Below are positions 8,544-18,667 of a stretch of DNA of 64,000 bases, piece by piece. Both the position numbers and the translations under genes were made by a program. The stretch is from assembly GCA_009729775.1 (NCBI GenBank), contig GCA_009729775.1_4081.1. One strand, 5' to 3'. The DNA is from Escherichia coli. Lineage in GTDB: Bacteria; Pseudomonadota; Gammaproteobacteria; Enterobacterales; Enterobacteriaceae. Position 1 is the stretch's first letter, and each line of letters begins with the position of its first letter. The notes under the pieces were generated by a model. It worked only from the letters and a program-made list of their open reading frames with translations, did not search any database and was not told the origin of the DNA.

Positions 8544-9080
8544 TCATACTCCTGCTCTAATTAATGCACCGTACCATGTAACTCCTTTATCATATGTTTC
8601 TAATGAAATAATATCTTTTTCACCAATTTCATAAGAAAGAACAACTGGTCTATTATATGACCATTTAACATTTGAACCCCAATTAACGAGGTTAGACCCT
8701 GTTTGCTGAGTTAATAGGATAGTAATTGAATAAACTTCAGTAGGAGCAGAACCAATAGCAATAGTGGTATTTCTATCAGATAAATTAATATTAAAAACTG
8801 TATTACCTGATAGGGGATTAATTAAAATATTATTAGAACTCAATACATTATATAACTTGTTACTAGCACTATCATACAATGTTACCCATTCTGTTTCATG
8901 ATTCTCATTAGTAGCTTTAGCTTTTATTTTTACATTATTTTCGGAAGAAGTCATTCCAGTCCAGCCAGAAATAATAAAAGAACTGTTTTTATTTGTTCCA
9001 AATGATGCAATTACCGAATCACTAAGAGAACTATCTTCACCGTCAATAGATCCGAGTACTGACAATGTTAAAACCATCAT
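8544..9080 (-). CDS. hypothetical protein (178 aa), Ser/Thr/Asn-rich, possibly structural
   Basis: ORF track; composition. Confidence 0.55.
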   Translation of the reverse strand: MMVLTLSVLGSIDGEDSSLSDSVIASFGTNKNSSFIISGWTGMTSSENNVKIKAKATNENHETEWVTLYDSASNKLYNVLSSNNILINPLSGNTVFNINLSDRNTTIAIGSAPTEVYSITILLTQQTGSNLVNWGSNVKWSYNRPVVLSYEIGEKDIISLETYDKGVTWYGALIRAGV

Positions 9081-9243
9081 TTTTAATGTCTACGCCAGTT
9101 GCACCTGAAAAATTATTTTGAAATTTAATAACTCCGGTAGTGTGGATATCTGTGAAAATTTGTTGTGCCATACTTAATCCTTGCGTTAATTTATATTGAG
9201 TATTTATCGAGTATAATGGCATTTTTAGTACCATTATACTCAT
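9043..9243 (-). CDS. hypothetical small protein (66 aa); may be N-terminal part of 8544..9080 via frameshift
   Basis: ORF track; overlaps downstream ORF by 38 nt in another frame. Confidence 0.3.
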   Translation of the reverse strand: MSIMVLKMPLYSINTQYKLTQGLSMAQQIFTDIHTTGVIKFQNNFSGATGVDIKNDGFNIVSTRIY

Positions 9244-9248
9244 GTATA

Positions 9249-10481
9249 TTACTTATACCATTGCATTTCTCTGATATCAATGATAATTTTTGATGCTAAT
9301 TTAATGTTTGGTTTTTTGGGAAGTACTGATTTCTTATATAGAACATCACGAATGTATTGTACTTTATCATCGAAATATTCTAATACTTCTTCATACTTCC
9401 ACTTACCATTACGAATATCCATCAACATTTGTGCATCAGGTCGTTTAACTTGAATAATTCCACTCTGTAATGCTTCTTCTGCACTATTCAAAAGTCTAAT
9501 TGTGTGCATAGCATGTTTGCAATCGAATCCGTGTTGTGATTCTAAAATAGCACGTTTGGCATTACGATTTTCTTTCCATTTATGATAACTTTTCCTATTC
9601 TCACTATTTTCCTGATATTCTTTTTCGTTAAATTTTACAATTAGTTCTGGTTTGGTTTTCAACTCTTCAGTACTACGCTCTTTAGAAAAATAACGCAATG
9701 AACCATCACCATTGATAGTACTTTCATTCGGATTTTTAATAATCGCAAAAATGTTTTCTCCGTAATGAATTAGTTCATAGCCATTATTAAAATTCAATAA
9801 ATTGAAATCACGATCTAGAATTTTATCAGTAGTGTAGTTATGCACTAATCTTACAAAATGATATTGCTTTAATGGATTTTTCGAAACTAACTGCAATGAC
9901 GTATCACGCATATATTTTTCAAAATCAATCTTTTTAGCATTAAATGGATGTAAGTTCGATGTATCTAAACGTTCAACAAGATATTGTGGAAATGAATCAT
10001 ACATCCACGCAAGAACCTCATCGACTGGGTGTTCTTCTAAAATCTCATTTAATCGTTTTTCAGCAATACGCTCTTTATCCATCCAACCGTGATGATTTGT
10101 CATACGCTTAATCTGATTATATGCATATCCAGTGTATGAAAATGCAATCTTGGAACTAAGAAGTTTTTGGTTAAATGAACGAAGATAGTCATAAATTTCA
10201 GTACTTTCAACAATGTGTTCAGGTTCAACCCAAAGTGATTCAAGAATATTAGGGTTAGCTTCAGTGTATAATTTTAAATACTGATTCAACTCATAGAATT
10301 TAGTATCTTCTTCGCTTTTATCAGCTACCTCTTTGACCTTATAGAAGGGTGTAAGAATAAATTCTTTATTAGCAAGAAAAATACCACGATAATCAGTATC
10401 ACTTTCAGGTGTACTGGTTCCGTAGGCTTGTGACCCAGCCAAGTGTTTCACTATTGTTTGTTCAATATATTGGTTATTCAT
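9249..10481 (-). CDS. Pol-beta-superfamily nucleotidyltransferase (410 aa)
   Basis: N-terminal motif AGSQAYGTSTPESDTDYRGIF = GS-x9-SDxD nucleotidyltransferase signature; rest unassigned. Confidence 0.6.
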   Translation of the reverse strand: MNNQYIEQTIVKHLAGSQAYGTSTPESDTDYRGIFLANKEFILTPFYKVKEVADKSEEDTKFYELNQYLKLYTEANPNILESLWVEPEHIVESTEIYDYLRSFNQKLLSSKIAFSYTGYAYNQIKRMTNHHGWMDKERIAEKRLNEILEEHPVDEVLAWMYDSFPQYLVERLDTSNLHPFNAKKIDFEKYMRDTSLQLVSKNPLKQYHFVRLVHNYTTDKILDRDFNLLNFNNGYELIHYGENIFAIIKNPNESTINGDGSLRYFSKERSTEELKTKPELIVKFNEKEYQENSENRKSYHKWKENRNAKRAILESQHGFDCKHAMHTIRLLNSAEEALQSGIIQVKRPDAQMLMDIRNGKWKYEEVLEYFDDKVQYIRDVLYKKSVLPKKPNIKLASKIIIDIREMQWYK

Positions 10482-10879
10482 AGATAAATTGTTAACTCCT
10501 TTAAGAAACCATTATAATAACGATTAAAGTCATGTTCTAATGTTTTATAATCATCAAAACTAAAACCTAAATTGATAATTGTATCTTCTTGAAAGAAAGT
10601 TTCTTCATTCATACATTCAATAGGTTCGTAATTAATTCCACCTTTGAAAACTTTTGTAAAAAACATTCCATCATTATTAATTTCAACATACATAAAATTA
10701 TTTTCTGGATCACGAGGACAGACGATATTCAGTGAACTATTTCCACTTGTATTGTACTCATAAGAAATTATATCAAAAGAATCAATACCATAACACTTAG
10801 ATTTTTCTTTATCGCCAAATACTTTTCTATCTGTACTCATATTGCGTATAGTGCTATAGATATCATCAACTGTAGTCAT
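10478..10879 (-). CDS. hypothetical protein (133 aa)
   Basis: ORF track; ATGA overlap with neighbours. Confidence 0.55.
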   Translation of the reverse strand: MTTVDDIYSTIRNMSTDRKVFGDKEKSKCYGIDSFDIISYEYNTSGNSSLNIVCPRDPENNFMYVEINNDGMFFTKVFKGGINYEPIECMNEETFFQEDTIINLGFSFDDYKTLEHDFNRYYNGFLKELTIYL

Positions 10880-10881
10880 AG

Positions 10882-11391
10882 TTAACCACCATACTTTGAC
10901 TTGTATGTTTCAAGTGATAAAGATATACGATTTTGCTTTTTAATTCTTTCATCAATATCCTTTGAATTCTTCACACTTCGGTATACGTCAGCTAATAAAT
11001 TATAATCTTCTTTATTTGAGCTATGCTGTGTCCAACCTATGTCTGTTTTAATACGAACACTTGCTTTATTTGACGAGTAAAAGAAACTGAAACCATTTGA
11101 CCCATCAAAAATATCAAAAGTATCTACCCAATCACCATAAGGAAAACTCATTGGGACTGACTCGTGGTCGATTGTGATATCCGATAAATTTTTTGAACAG
11201 TACTTCGCAAAGTGATAAACGATTGGATCACATTTTGATAATTCGTATTTGTATTCAATGATAGTTTTTCTATTAGCATCATTGATAGCATATTCTTTTA
11301 TCAATGGACTTTTTTTGATGATAAGAGTCCATAGAAACGATTCTAATCCGGTTTCATCAACTTTTTGTTTCTTTTTGAAAAATGAAATCAT
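10882..11391 (-). CDS. hypothetical protein, tandem paralog 3 of 3 (169 aa)
   Basis: shares KSPLIK...DANRK.IIEYKYELSK core with the two upstream ORFs. Confidence 0.6.
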   Translation of the reverse strand: MISFFKKKQKVDETGLESFLWTLIIKKSPLIKEYAINDANRKTIIEYKYELSKCDPIVYHFAKYCSKNLSDITIDHESVPMSFPYGDWVDTFDIFDGSNGFSFFYSSNKASVRIKTDIGWTQHSSNKEDYNLLADVYRSVKNSKDIDERIKKQNRISLSLETYKSKYGG

Positions 11392-11909
11392 TTATATAAA
11401 CCCTTAATTTTCTGTCTATTATGTATATCATTTTGCTGGATTTTCAATTTAGTAAGGTTGTTTCTTACACCTTCAACTCCACGCATTATTTGTAACATAA
11501 TTAGTGATTCGTCATATGTTAGTACATTGCTATTATTATCGATATATACTTTCACTCCACTTTCAAGATAATCATTTTCTTTGGAGTTAAAGTTTCTAAT
11601 AACAAACTTAACGCCATTTGATGTATCACTGAAAACATATCGTTCCGCACCGTAGAATGTTTTTCCACGAAATAAACCGCCGTCTTCCCACTTCCAACGA
11701 CTAGATTCATAATCATTAACGTAATCAATGATTAAAGAAAGTAAAGGATGTTTGCTCAATTTATATTTTGCATCTAACAGGATACGTCTATCATTATCTG
11801 TGGTAATAATATCCTTTAGTGAGTAGCTTTTAGATATAATTTTAAAGATAATTTCATGCCAAATTAAAGTACTGTTTTGTTTTCCAACTGATCCAAAAAA
11901 CATATCCAT
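11388..11909 (-). CDS. hypothetical protein, tandem paralog 2 of 3 (173 aa)
   Basis: shares KSYSLK...DNDRR.LLDAKYKLSK core. Confidence 0.6.
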   Translation of the reverse strand: MDMFFGSVGKQNSTLIWHEIIFKIISKSYSLKDIITTDNDRRILLDAKYKLSKHPLLSLIIDYVNDYESSRWKWEDGGLFRGKTFYGAERYVFSDTSNGVKFVIRNFNSKENDYLESGVKVYIDNNSNVLTYDESLIMLQIMRGVEGVRNNLTKLKIQQNDIHNRQKIKGLYK

Positions 11910-11915
11910 TCCTCA

Positions 11916-12482
11916 TTAGTATAAATCAGTAATGTCTTTGTATGCATTAATCTGTTTTTGTTGTAATGAAAGTTCATTGAGTTTAGTTACCATTTTATCT
12001 ACACCAACACGTGTATAGAAAATAATAAATGAATCTAAATTGCCTAGAGTAATTCTTGAACTGAAATTTGAAAGTTTTCTTGCATAAACATAAATTTCTT
12101 CTTCACTTGGTAAACGTTTCTCAATCGGCCAGCTTTCCACACCATTCGGCTCATAATCGATTTCAAATTCAACTCCCATCACTGTGTCTTGAATGCGATC
12201 CGTATATGAACCACCGTAAAAATACTCTCTTGGTTTGGATCTCCAACGAGGACTAAATGGGTCAGTTGCGTATTCTTTTACAAATTTGTAAAAGGACATT
12301 TTACTGAGCATATACTTCATCTCAATTAGTGCTTTGCGGTCATCATCAGTTTTAAACTCTGCTTTTAGCGATGGACTTTTACACAGTAACTTAACTAAAT
12401 TGTTGTACATCTTTAATGTACGTTGTTCTTTCATTTCTTTGATTTTGTGACGTTTTGGTGGTGGTAATAAAGATTTGACCAT
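11916..12482 (-). CDS. hypothetical protein, tandem paralog 1 of 3 (188 aa)
   Basis: shares KSPSLK...DDDRKALIEMKYMLSK core; AGGAGG RBS; promoter upstream. Confidence 0.6.
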   Translation of the reverse strand: MVKSLLPPPKRHKIKEMKEQRTLKMYNNLVKLLCKSPSLKAEFKTDDDRKALIEMKYMLSKMSFYKFVKEYATDPFSPRWRSKPREYFYGGSYTDRIQDTVMGVEFEIDYEPNGVESWPIEKRLPSEEEIYVYARKLSNFSSRITLGNLDSFIIFYTRVGVDKMVTKLNELSLQQKQINAYKDITDLY

Positions 12483-12504
12483 AATTTCCTCCTATTTTTA
12501 TTCA

Positions 12505-12532
12505 ATTATACACATAAAAGAAAAGCCCGTCA
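12505..12532 (-). promoter_or_regulatory. sigma70-type promoter TTGACG-16-TATAAT; -35 lies inside the preceding terminator stem
   Basis: minus-strand TTGACG (plus 12527-12532) and TATAAT (plus 12505-12510). Confidence 0.5.
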
Positions 12533-12542
12533 ATAGACGAGC
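12515..12542 (-). terminator. terminator-like hairpin downstream of tail-fiber-like gene
   Basis: 7-bp stem (one mismatch) 12525-12531/12536-12542 followed on minus by U-rich run. Confidence 0.45.
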
Positions 12543-12549
12543 TTTAAAT

Positions 12550-15279
12550 TTATTTCCAACGTGTGCCTGGACCTGATGGTACACCAGTACTGGCAGGTAT
12601 CGCTGAACCACGTTTCGTTGTACTTGGACGATATGTCAAAAAACGAGTTACTTTTTCTGTATCAATTGAATTTATTCCTGAAGTTCCAGTAACTATCTTA
12701 CCAATGTAAGTGCTAGTTAAAGATTCATCAATTGTTTCAGTACTAATAACATATGACGCTTTCTTAGTATTCCTGTTCATTTGTATATACAAATAGAACG
12801 TAGTATTAGCTGGATTACTTTTTACAGTACTTAAATCAACACTTTGTATAGGTAGTCTGTCGAAAATTCCACCTAAAAACACCGGAACTTCACGTGTAAA
12901 GTACACTGAGAATCCTTGTGCAACGTCTTGTGATACTACCACAATCTTTTCTTTAACGCTACCATTTCCGCTAATTAAACCATCCATTTCAGCAGATGTT
13001 GTACCAAAAACGCTGAATACAGATTTGGTTTGATAGTCAGAATCTTGAAAATTGTAATATCCAAAACCAACACCAGGAATAACACCATGTTGATATGCTG
13101 CACCAAGTTGGATGTAACTAGATGATAAAAAACGATTTGATGTTATGACACCATCTACTGTTTTAGCTATCATCATCTTAAATTGTGCATTACCTGGTTG
13201 TGAAAATTGATGTACGGCATCAACACCAATGTAACCAAATCCTGAATATTTTGCAACTGTTAGACCAGTACAACGTTTCATATATGCTTCAGTAATAATT
13301 CCTGTAACAGAACTCAGTGTTTCATATCTAGTACTCACCAATGTAGCTGAAGTTATGTTAGTTCCAGATAATACAACATCAACTTCGGCATAGATTGCAT
13401 AACCTTGGTTATTGTTAAGATTATATGCTGAAACTACTGCGATGGATTTAGAAAAAGTATTATCAGGTACATAATATAATACAATTTGTCCAGATAGTGT
13501 ACCAACAATGCCAGAGTTTCCTATATTAGCAAAAATATCTTGTTTTAATGATTCTAATACCGTTGGTTCTATTGTATATGTTTCATCAAATTCTAAAGTA
13601 TCTGGATTTAATAATCCACCACTTGTTTTATATACACCTTCAATGAATGATGTTCCATAGCATCTAACACTACCATCGGTATCAACAAGAGAAATCATAG
13701 CAGTGTATGTAAAATCATCGCCTATTTGTTTACGATTAGATTGTGGTGCAAAACCATTTAATGTAGTATTATGTTGAACTGAGTTATATTGATATGTTGG
13801 TTGTGAACCTATTTCAGAAAAAACAGTATTATTATAATTATATGTTACATCATCATACGTACCAGAACATGCTAATAATATTTTTCTATTATCGATGAAA
13901 CGTACACCTAAAAGGTTTGCACCAACAGCACTACCAAAAACTGGTAAAACGTTTGCATTTATAACATTACTTGCGGATCTAGTACTGGCAACCCATGAAT
14001 CAAACGGTGTACCACTAACCTTATATCGTTGTAGACCATAAAATTCAGTTGAACTCCATCTAAATTTAGATGCAAATACCAAACCATCTTTAGTTTGACA
14101 TAAACCACCTGCGTTTCCTAATACGCCAGCAGCAGTTGTCCCGGTGAAGTTGACCATATCAATTTCAAAAGGGTTAGAAACTTGAAATCCATTATTATAT
14201 GAAACAGTCGCAGGTGCACGAGCACTACCATCTAGGGACATAGATTTTGAGTTTATATTATAAACAAAACTTATGCCAGTACCATAAACTGTTGAAATAT
14301 ACAAAGGTGTAACCATTCGATGTGTTGGATATAAAGTTACACGTATTTTTGATAAATCAGGACTAACGTTGGCTTGTATATTAAAGTCTGTATAATCTGA
14401 AAATTCTACACGTGATACGGGTGATGTAACTTCGAATAATGAATCCGAGCTAGTACCAACACTATATAATTTATCGAACACTCTTATGTTATTAGATGCA
14501 GAATAACTTGTGTTTCGAACAGTTTGTCCTGATAACCCAGTAACTTTTGTTAATGATGCCATTGAGCTTGCTTTCACATCACTTAGCTCTACTGTGTAAA
14601 TGGAAAGTGCTAATCCCAAATTAGAAACACTCTTATCTTTACACCAAATATAAACCTTTGTCCCAACAATATGTGTATATATTGGCATATCATTACCAAA
14701 AGAAGTACTTGGTACTTTAGCATGAATATGTGATATTTCGTTAAATGTACCATTGGTTATAGTGAAAATATAATTATCTTCAGTACTTAAACACCCAAGC
14801 ATTTCATAACCATTAGAGCCAATAAAGTACTTAATATTTTCAGTACTACTCATAATTGAAGGTTTATACATTGAATTGGTTGAAATAACACTTTCTTGTG
14901 AAATCATAGTTATATTTCTGATTTCTCGTATAAATGAATAATAAAAACCTTTAGTACTACCATTGGTTCCGCTACGCAGAACAACGGCGGTTCCATCATC
15001 TTCAATAATTGTTGGCTGAACTACTTGGTCACTTGACATAGGTGTAGCACCTTCATACGACCCACTTACGTTTAATGGTAAGTAATCCATTTCTCCTATA
15101 CGTGATATAGGCAACATATCTAAAATACTTTGAACTTCAGAACGCTTATATATTGGATATTGAACAATTCCAGTATTGGCATTCGGTGAGGTTCCATTAA
15201 AAGTACGCATAGCGTACCTTTGTCCAATTGCCAAGTTCCCAAGGATCTCGGCACTTCCTATAATTCGTTTTGATGACAT
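12550..15279 (-). CDS. tail-fiber-like protein, paralog B (~909 aa)
   Basis: start moved to ATG 15277-15279 (AAGGA RBS); N-terminal module LPIS.IGEMDYLP..VSG...GTAVVLRSGTNGS and C-terminal module shared with 15895..18591. Confidence 0.65.
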   Translation of the reverse strand: MSSKRIIGSAEILGNLAIGQRYAMRTFNGTSPNANTGIVQYPIYKRSEVQSILDMLPISRIGEMDYLPLNVSGSYEGATPMSSDQVVQPTIIEDDGTAVVLRSGTNGSTKGFYYSFIREIRNITMISQESVISTNSMYKPSIMSSTENIKYFIGSNGYEMLGCLSTEDNYIFTITNGTFNEISHIHAKVPSTSFGNDMPIYTHIVGTKVYIWCKDKSVSNLGLALSIYTVELSDVKASSMASLTKVTGLSGQTVRNTSYSASNNIRVFDKLYSVGTSSDSLFEVTSPVSRVEFSDYTDFNIQANVSPDLSKIRVTLYPTHRMVTPLYISTVYGTGISFVYNINSKSMSLDGSARAPATVSYNNGFQVSNPFEIDMVNFTGTTAAGVLGNAGGLCQTKDGLVFASKFRWSSTEFYGLQRYKVSGTPFDSWVASTRSASNVINANVLPVFGSAVGANLLGVRFIDNRKILLACSGTYDDVTYNYNNTVFSEIGSQPTYQYNSVQHNTTLNGFAPQSNRKQIGDDFTYTAMISLVDTDGSVRCYGTSFIEGVYKTSGGLLNPDTLEFDETYTIEPTVLESLKQDIFANIGNSGIVGTLSGQIVLYYVPDNTFSKSIAVVSAYNLNNNQGYAIYAEVDVVLSGTNITSATLVSTRYETLSSVTGIITEAYMKRCTGLTVAKYSGFGYIGVDAVHQFSQPGNAQFKMMIAKTVDGVITSNRFLSSSYIQLGAAYQHGVIPGVGFGYYNFQDSDYQTKSVFSVFGTTSAEMDGLISGNGSVKEKIVVVSQDVAQGFSVYFTREVPVFLGGIFDRLPIQSVDLSTVKSNPANTTFYLYIQMNRNTKKASYVISTETIDESLTSTYIGKIVTGTSGINSIDTEKVTRFLTYRPSTTKRGSAIPASTGVPSGPGTRWK

Positions 15280-15295
15280 CTTTCTTTTCCTTAAT

Positions 15296-15883
15296 TTACC
15301 AACCAATTGTACCAGTTTCTGATGGTTTTCCAGTACTGACTGGGAATGAAGAACCTTTTTGTGTAACACTAGGTCTATATGTACTAAATCTGGATACTTT
15401 ATTAATGTTTATATTTGTAATACCACTTGTACCAACGGTCAGTGTTCCAATAAACATTATAATTTCAGATTCTTGTATTTGTGTTGGTGATATTTTATAA
15501 ATTGGTTCACCGAGAACTAACGTTGCATATACGTATTGTGTTTGTGTTCCAGATGAAACTGTTGAAGCAAAAATAGAAACTGCTGGAAATTTATAAAGAT
15601 AACCACCAATAAATGATGGTATCTGTCTATTAAATGTAAGACTATATCCAGATGAAGTGATATTTAGACTTGCATCATCATACAATTCACCGTATTGTGT
15701 GAGGGGTAATCCATTTACAATAAAATTAACTTCATCTTTAGTAATAGAGGGGAATGTACATTCCCCATTTGAATTTGTTGGGTAATAAGTCATATTATTA
15801 CCTAATACACCAAGTCCAGTACTTTTACCTTGTACTGTAACTTGTTGCATTGCCTTAAGGTCTGCTCTTATTTTATATGCCAT
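15296..15883 (-). CDS. small protein (195 aa) sharing the tail-fiber C-terminal module
   Basis: C-terminus ...RFSTYRPSVTQKGSSFPVSTGKPSETGTIGW matches C-termini of both large paralogs. Confidence 0.6.
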   Translation of the reverse strand: MAYKIRADLKAMQQVTVQGKSTGLGVLGNNMTYYPTNSNGECTFPSITKDEVNFIVNGLPLTQYGELYDDASLNITSSGYSLTFNRQIPSFIGGYLYKFPAVSIFASTVSSGTQTQYVYATLVLGEPIYKISPTQIQESEIIMFIGTLTVGTSGITNININKVSRFSTYRPSVTQKGSSFPVSTGKPSETGTIGW

Positions 15884-15894
15884 TATGTAATCCT

Positions 15895-18591
15895 TTACCA
15901 GTTTATGGTTCCTGTTTGTGATGGTAGACCGTAGCTAACTGGGAACGATGAACCTGCTGATTCAAGTGAAGCACCAAATATATCTAAACGGGAACGTTTT
16001 TGTATATTAATTGTTTCGATTTGAATTGCATTAGTTTGAATAGTACCTATCCAAAAAATATTATATGCAGTTGTTCCTGTTTCAGAAATAACATCAGTAG
16101 TTATGTAATAGTTTGCCAATCCTTGTTCCAATTTAACATATACATAGAATGTTGTATTTGCTGGATTAGACTTAATAGTTCTCAAATCAATATTTGAAAC
16201 TGGTAGTGAAAATGACTTACCTGAAAGAATAACAGGTGTTTCCTCAGTAAAATAAACAATAAATCCTTGTGCAACGTCCTGTGACACTAAGTTAATTGGG
16301 CTACCTTGAGCAGTCCAGTTATTATAGTCTGTAATCGTTGTCCCATATTTTTTGAATGTCATTTTATTTGAGTAATCCATTGGCTCCAAAATTCCAAAAC
16401 CAATACCAGGTAATGCTGCGGGTTGACTTCCTTGTTCATAACTGGCATGAGATCCAGTAATAATAAAACTTGTAAATTGTGCAGTTGATTTAGTTACATA
16501 TGCTCTAAATTGATGAGTTGCAGTATTACCTATTGTTGGATGTGTTAATGGGTCAGAACCACCAATGAAGTAGAATGAACCACCATCATATATTGTCAAA
16601 CCAACAGAAGAAGATGCAATCGAACCATTCCCATTTGGTGTAAAGTTATCACCATATGTATTTTCAAGTACTAAACGCTTGAATGTAATAGATGTAATAT
16701 TACCAACTCTAGTATTAACATTAACTTCAGCAATTCTAATATAGTTTCTATAATCATTAGTAACTGTACTCAACATAACGAAAGCAGGAATGTCTGTTTG
16801 TTGCGGAACAAATAGTGTCATATCACGGTATGCTTGTGCTGATAAATTCCAATCACTTAGAACTTTCGCATATTCAGCATTTCTAAAATTATCAAGTACT
16901 GATTGTGTTACACTTATAATACCTGTACCATTTAAGTTTTTATCATAGGATAAAGATTGTGAATAACGTTGTCCAACCATAAAAATACCACCATTGGTTG
17001 TGACAGTTGACCCAGAAATACTACTAATAAAAATTCTATTATTTGCATTATCATCAACATTAGCACGTTCAACTGTAGGTTCATAACCTTGTATTGTTCC
17101 TAAAGATAATGATTTAAATGTAAAATTAGGAGTACTTTTATGAACTGCATATGATGGTCTAAATCCACCACTACCCGAAGCACGTGAATATTGTTTAGTA
17201 CTGTTATCTGGTAGTAATTCCACACCATTAATAAATGAGCCTACGGCTGAACCAAATGATGGACGAACTATTCCACCTTTGAAATCAGTTGATAGTACTG
17301 CACGGACATTCAGCATACTATAAACTATTTGAATAGGAAACTTAGCTTTTTGCATAAGTAATGGTTCTGCTAAGTTTGGACATGCAGTACAAAATGCTTC
17401 ACCAGAATTTAAATAAAAATAAGAACTGTAAATATTCCTTGCATTTGCATGGTTATACAATGGATCGTTATTTAAAACGTTACCAGTAGGAACTAATGCT
17501 GAACCAGTATCCGTTATAACTAATGGTGCTTGGTATGAACCAATATCATTACCCGCATCTAATGTACATTGTTTAGTACTCATATTGAATACAAAACTGT
17601 AACTATGTTGTGGTCGTGTATTATAAGTTGCCATTGTAAACCAAGCATCACCATTCATTCTAAAGCGGAAATTCTGTGTACCTGGCTGCTGTGCAACATA
17701 TAAATCGATTGATGTCATGTAAATCCCAATACCACGTAGATTTTTTGGAACATACACATAAGGTTTATCAGCGATATTCGTTGATGTTACCTGATTAGTT
17801 ATAACCATATTATTTTGTGCAGAATAAGTTGTATTATAAAATGTTTTAGTAGTCCATCCAGTAATACGAGTTGCTGTATAAGTGCCATTACTGATATTAT
17901 AAACAACTTTAACTACAACTAATTGTAATTGGTTATTTGCATTAAGTACGTTGAAAACATATATAGAACCATCTTCTGCCATCATAGCATATTCAATACC
18001 ACCTTCAGGTGATATATCTGCTTGGTTAACGAAAAAACCAGTATGCAATTTATCATCTAATGTACCATTGGTAATTGATATAAACAAACCATTAGTACTG
18101 TTAGAAGTGTCAATATATCTACCGAGTAAAATATTTGGATCAGTATTGTATAAACCAATCGCAACTCGATTTGAACCAAAAAATCCAGGCTTGTATTGAC
18201 GACTTGTGTTAATTGTACGGCTCATGTCATCAACTGATAATGCGTTAGCTAAATATGAATAAAATAATCCCTCAACACTACCGTTTGTCCCACTACGTAA
18301 AAGCACTAGTGTACCATCGTTTTCTAATAAAATTTTATTTCTACGTTGTGTCTGGTTTTCTGATGCACCATTGAAATCTCCAGAAACACCCGCAGGTAGA
18401 TAGTTTTGTGAACCATAATGGGAGATTGGCATCATACTTACTATATCTAGTACTTCATCTCTTGAATAAGTATCTAGCTCCATATTGCCATTAGCATCAA
18501 ATACTTGATCATTGATACCTTGTATTGTTCTTTTACCATTAACTGTCACATTATGTGTGACATCCAAGCCACCATATATTTTCTTTGACAT
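15895..18591 (-). CDS. tail-fiber-like protein, paralog A (898 aa)
   Basis: long Gly/Ser/Thr/Asn-rich ORF; shared N- and C-terminal modules with 12550..15279; T4-type late promoter upstream. Confidence 0.65.
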   Translation of the reverse strand: MSKKIYGGLDVTHNVTVNGKRTIQGINDQVFDANGNMELDTYSRDEVLDIVSMMPISHYGSQNYLPAGVSGDFNGASENQTQRRNKILLENDGTLVLLRSGTNGSVEGLFYSYLANALSVDDMSRTINTSRQYKPGFFGSNRVAIGLYNTDPNILLGRYIDTSNSTNGLFISITNGTLDDKLHTGFFVNQADISPEGGIEYAMMAEDGSIYVFNVLNANNQLQLVVVKVVYNISNGTYTATRITGWTTKTFYNTTYSAQNNMVITNQVTSTNIADKPYVYVPKNLRGIGIYMTSIDLYVAQQPGTQNFRFRMNGDAWFTMATYNTRPQHSYSFVFNMSTKQCTLDAGNDIGSYQAPLVITDTGSALVPTGNVLNNDPLYNHANARNIYSSYFYLNSGEAFCTACPNLAEPLLMQKAKFPIQIVYSMLNVRAVLSTDFKGGIVRPSFGSAVGSFINGVELLPDNSTKQYSRASGSGGFRPSYAVHKSTPNFTFKSLSLGTIQGYEPTVERANVDDNANNRIFISSISGSTVTTNGGIFMVGQRYSQSLSYDKNLNGTGIISVTQSVLDNFRNAEYAKVLSDWNLSAQAYRDMTLFVPQQTDIPAFVMLSTVTNDYRNYIRIAEVNVNTRVGNITSITFKRLVLENTYGDNFTPNGNGSIASSSVGLTIYDGGSFYFIGGSDPLTHPTIGNTATHQFRAYVTKSTAQFTSFIITGSHASYEQGSQPAALPGIGFGILEPMDYSNKMTFKKYGTTITDYNNWTAQGSPINLVSQDVAQGFIVYFTEETPVILSGKSFSLPVSNIDLRTIKSNPANTTFYVYVKLEQGLANYYITTDVISETGTTAYNIFWIGTIQTNAIQIETINIQKRSRLDIFGASLESAGSSFPVSYGLPSQTGTINW

Positions 18592-18625
18592 TATATATCC
18601 CTTATAAATTAGATATTAGTTAATG

Positions 18626-18633
18626 TATTTATA
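18626..18633 (-). promoter_or_regulatory. T4-type late promoter box TATAAATA upstream of tail-fiber-like gene
   Basis: exact TATAAATA on minus strand ~35 nt upstream of ATG 18589-18591; the octamer alone is expected by chance in AT-rich DNA. Confidence 0.35.
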
Positions 18634-18641
18634 TACATAAC

Positions 18642-18663
18642 AAAAAAGCACCCAACGGGTGCT
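18642..18663 (-). terminator. intrinsic terminator downstream of nrdG
   Basis: stem AGCACCC/GGGTGCT with U-run on minus strand (A-run 18642-18646 on plus). Confidence 0.55.
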
Positions 18664-18667
18664 TATG

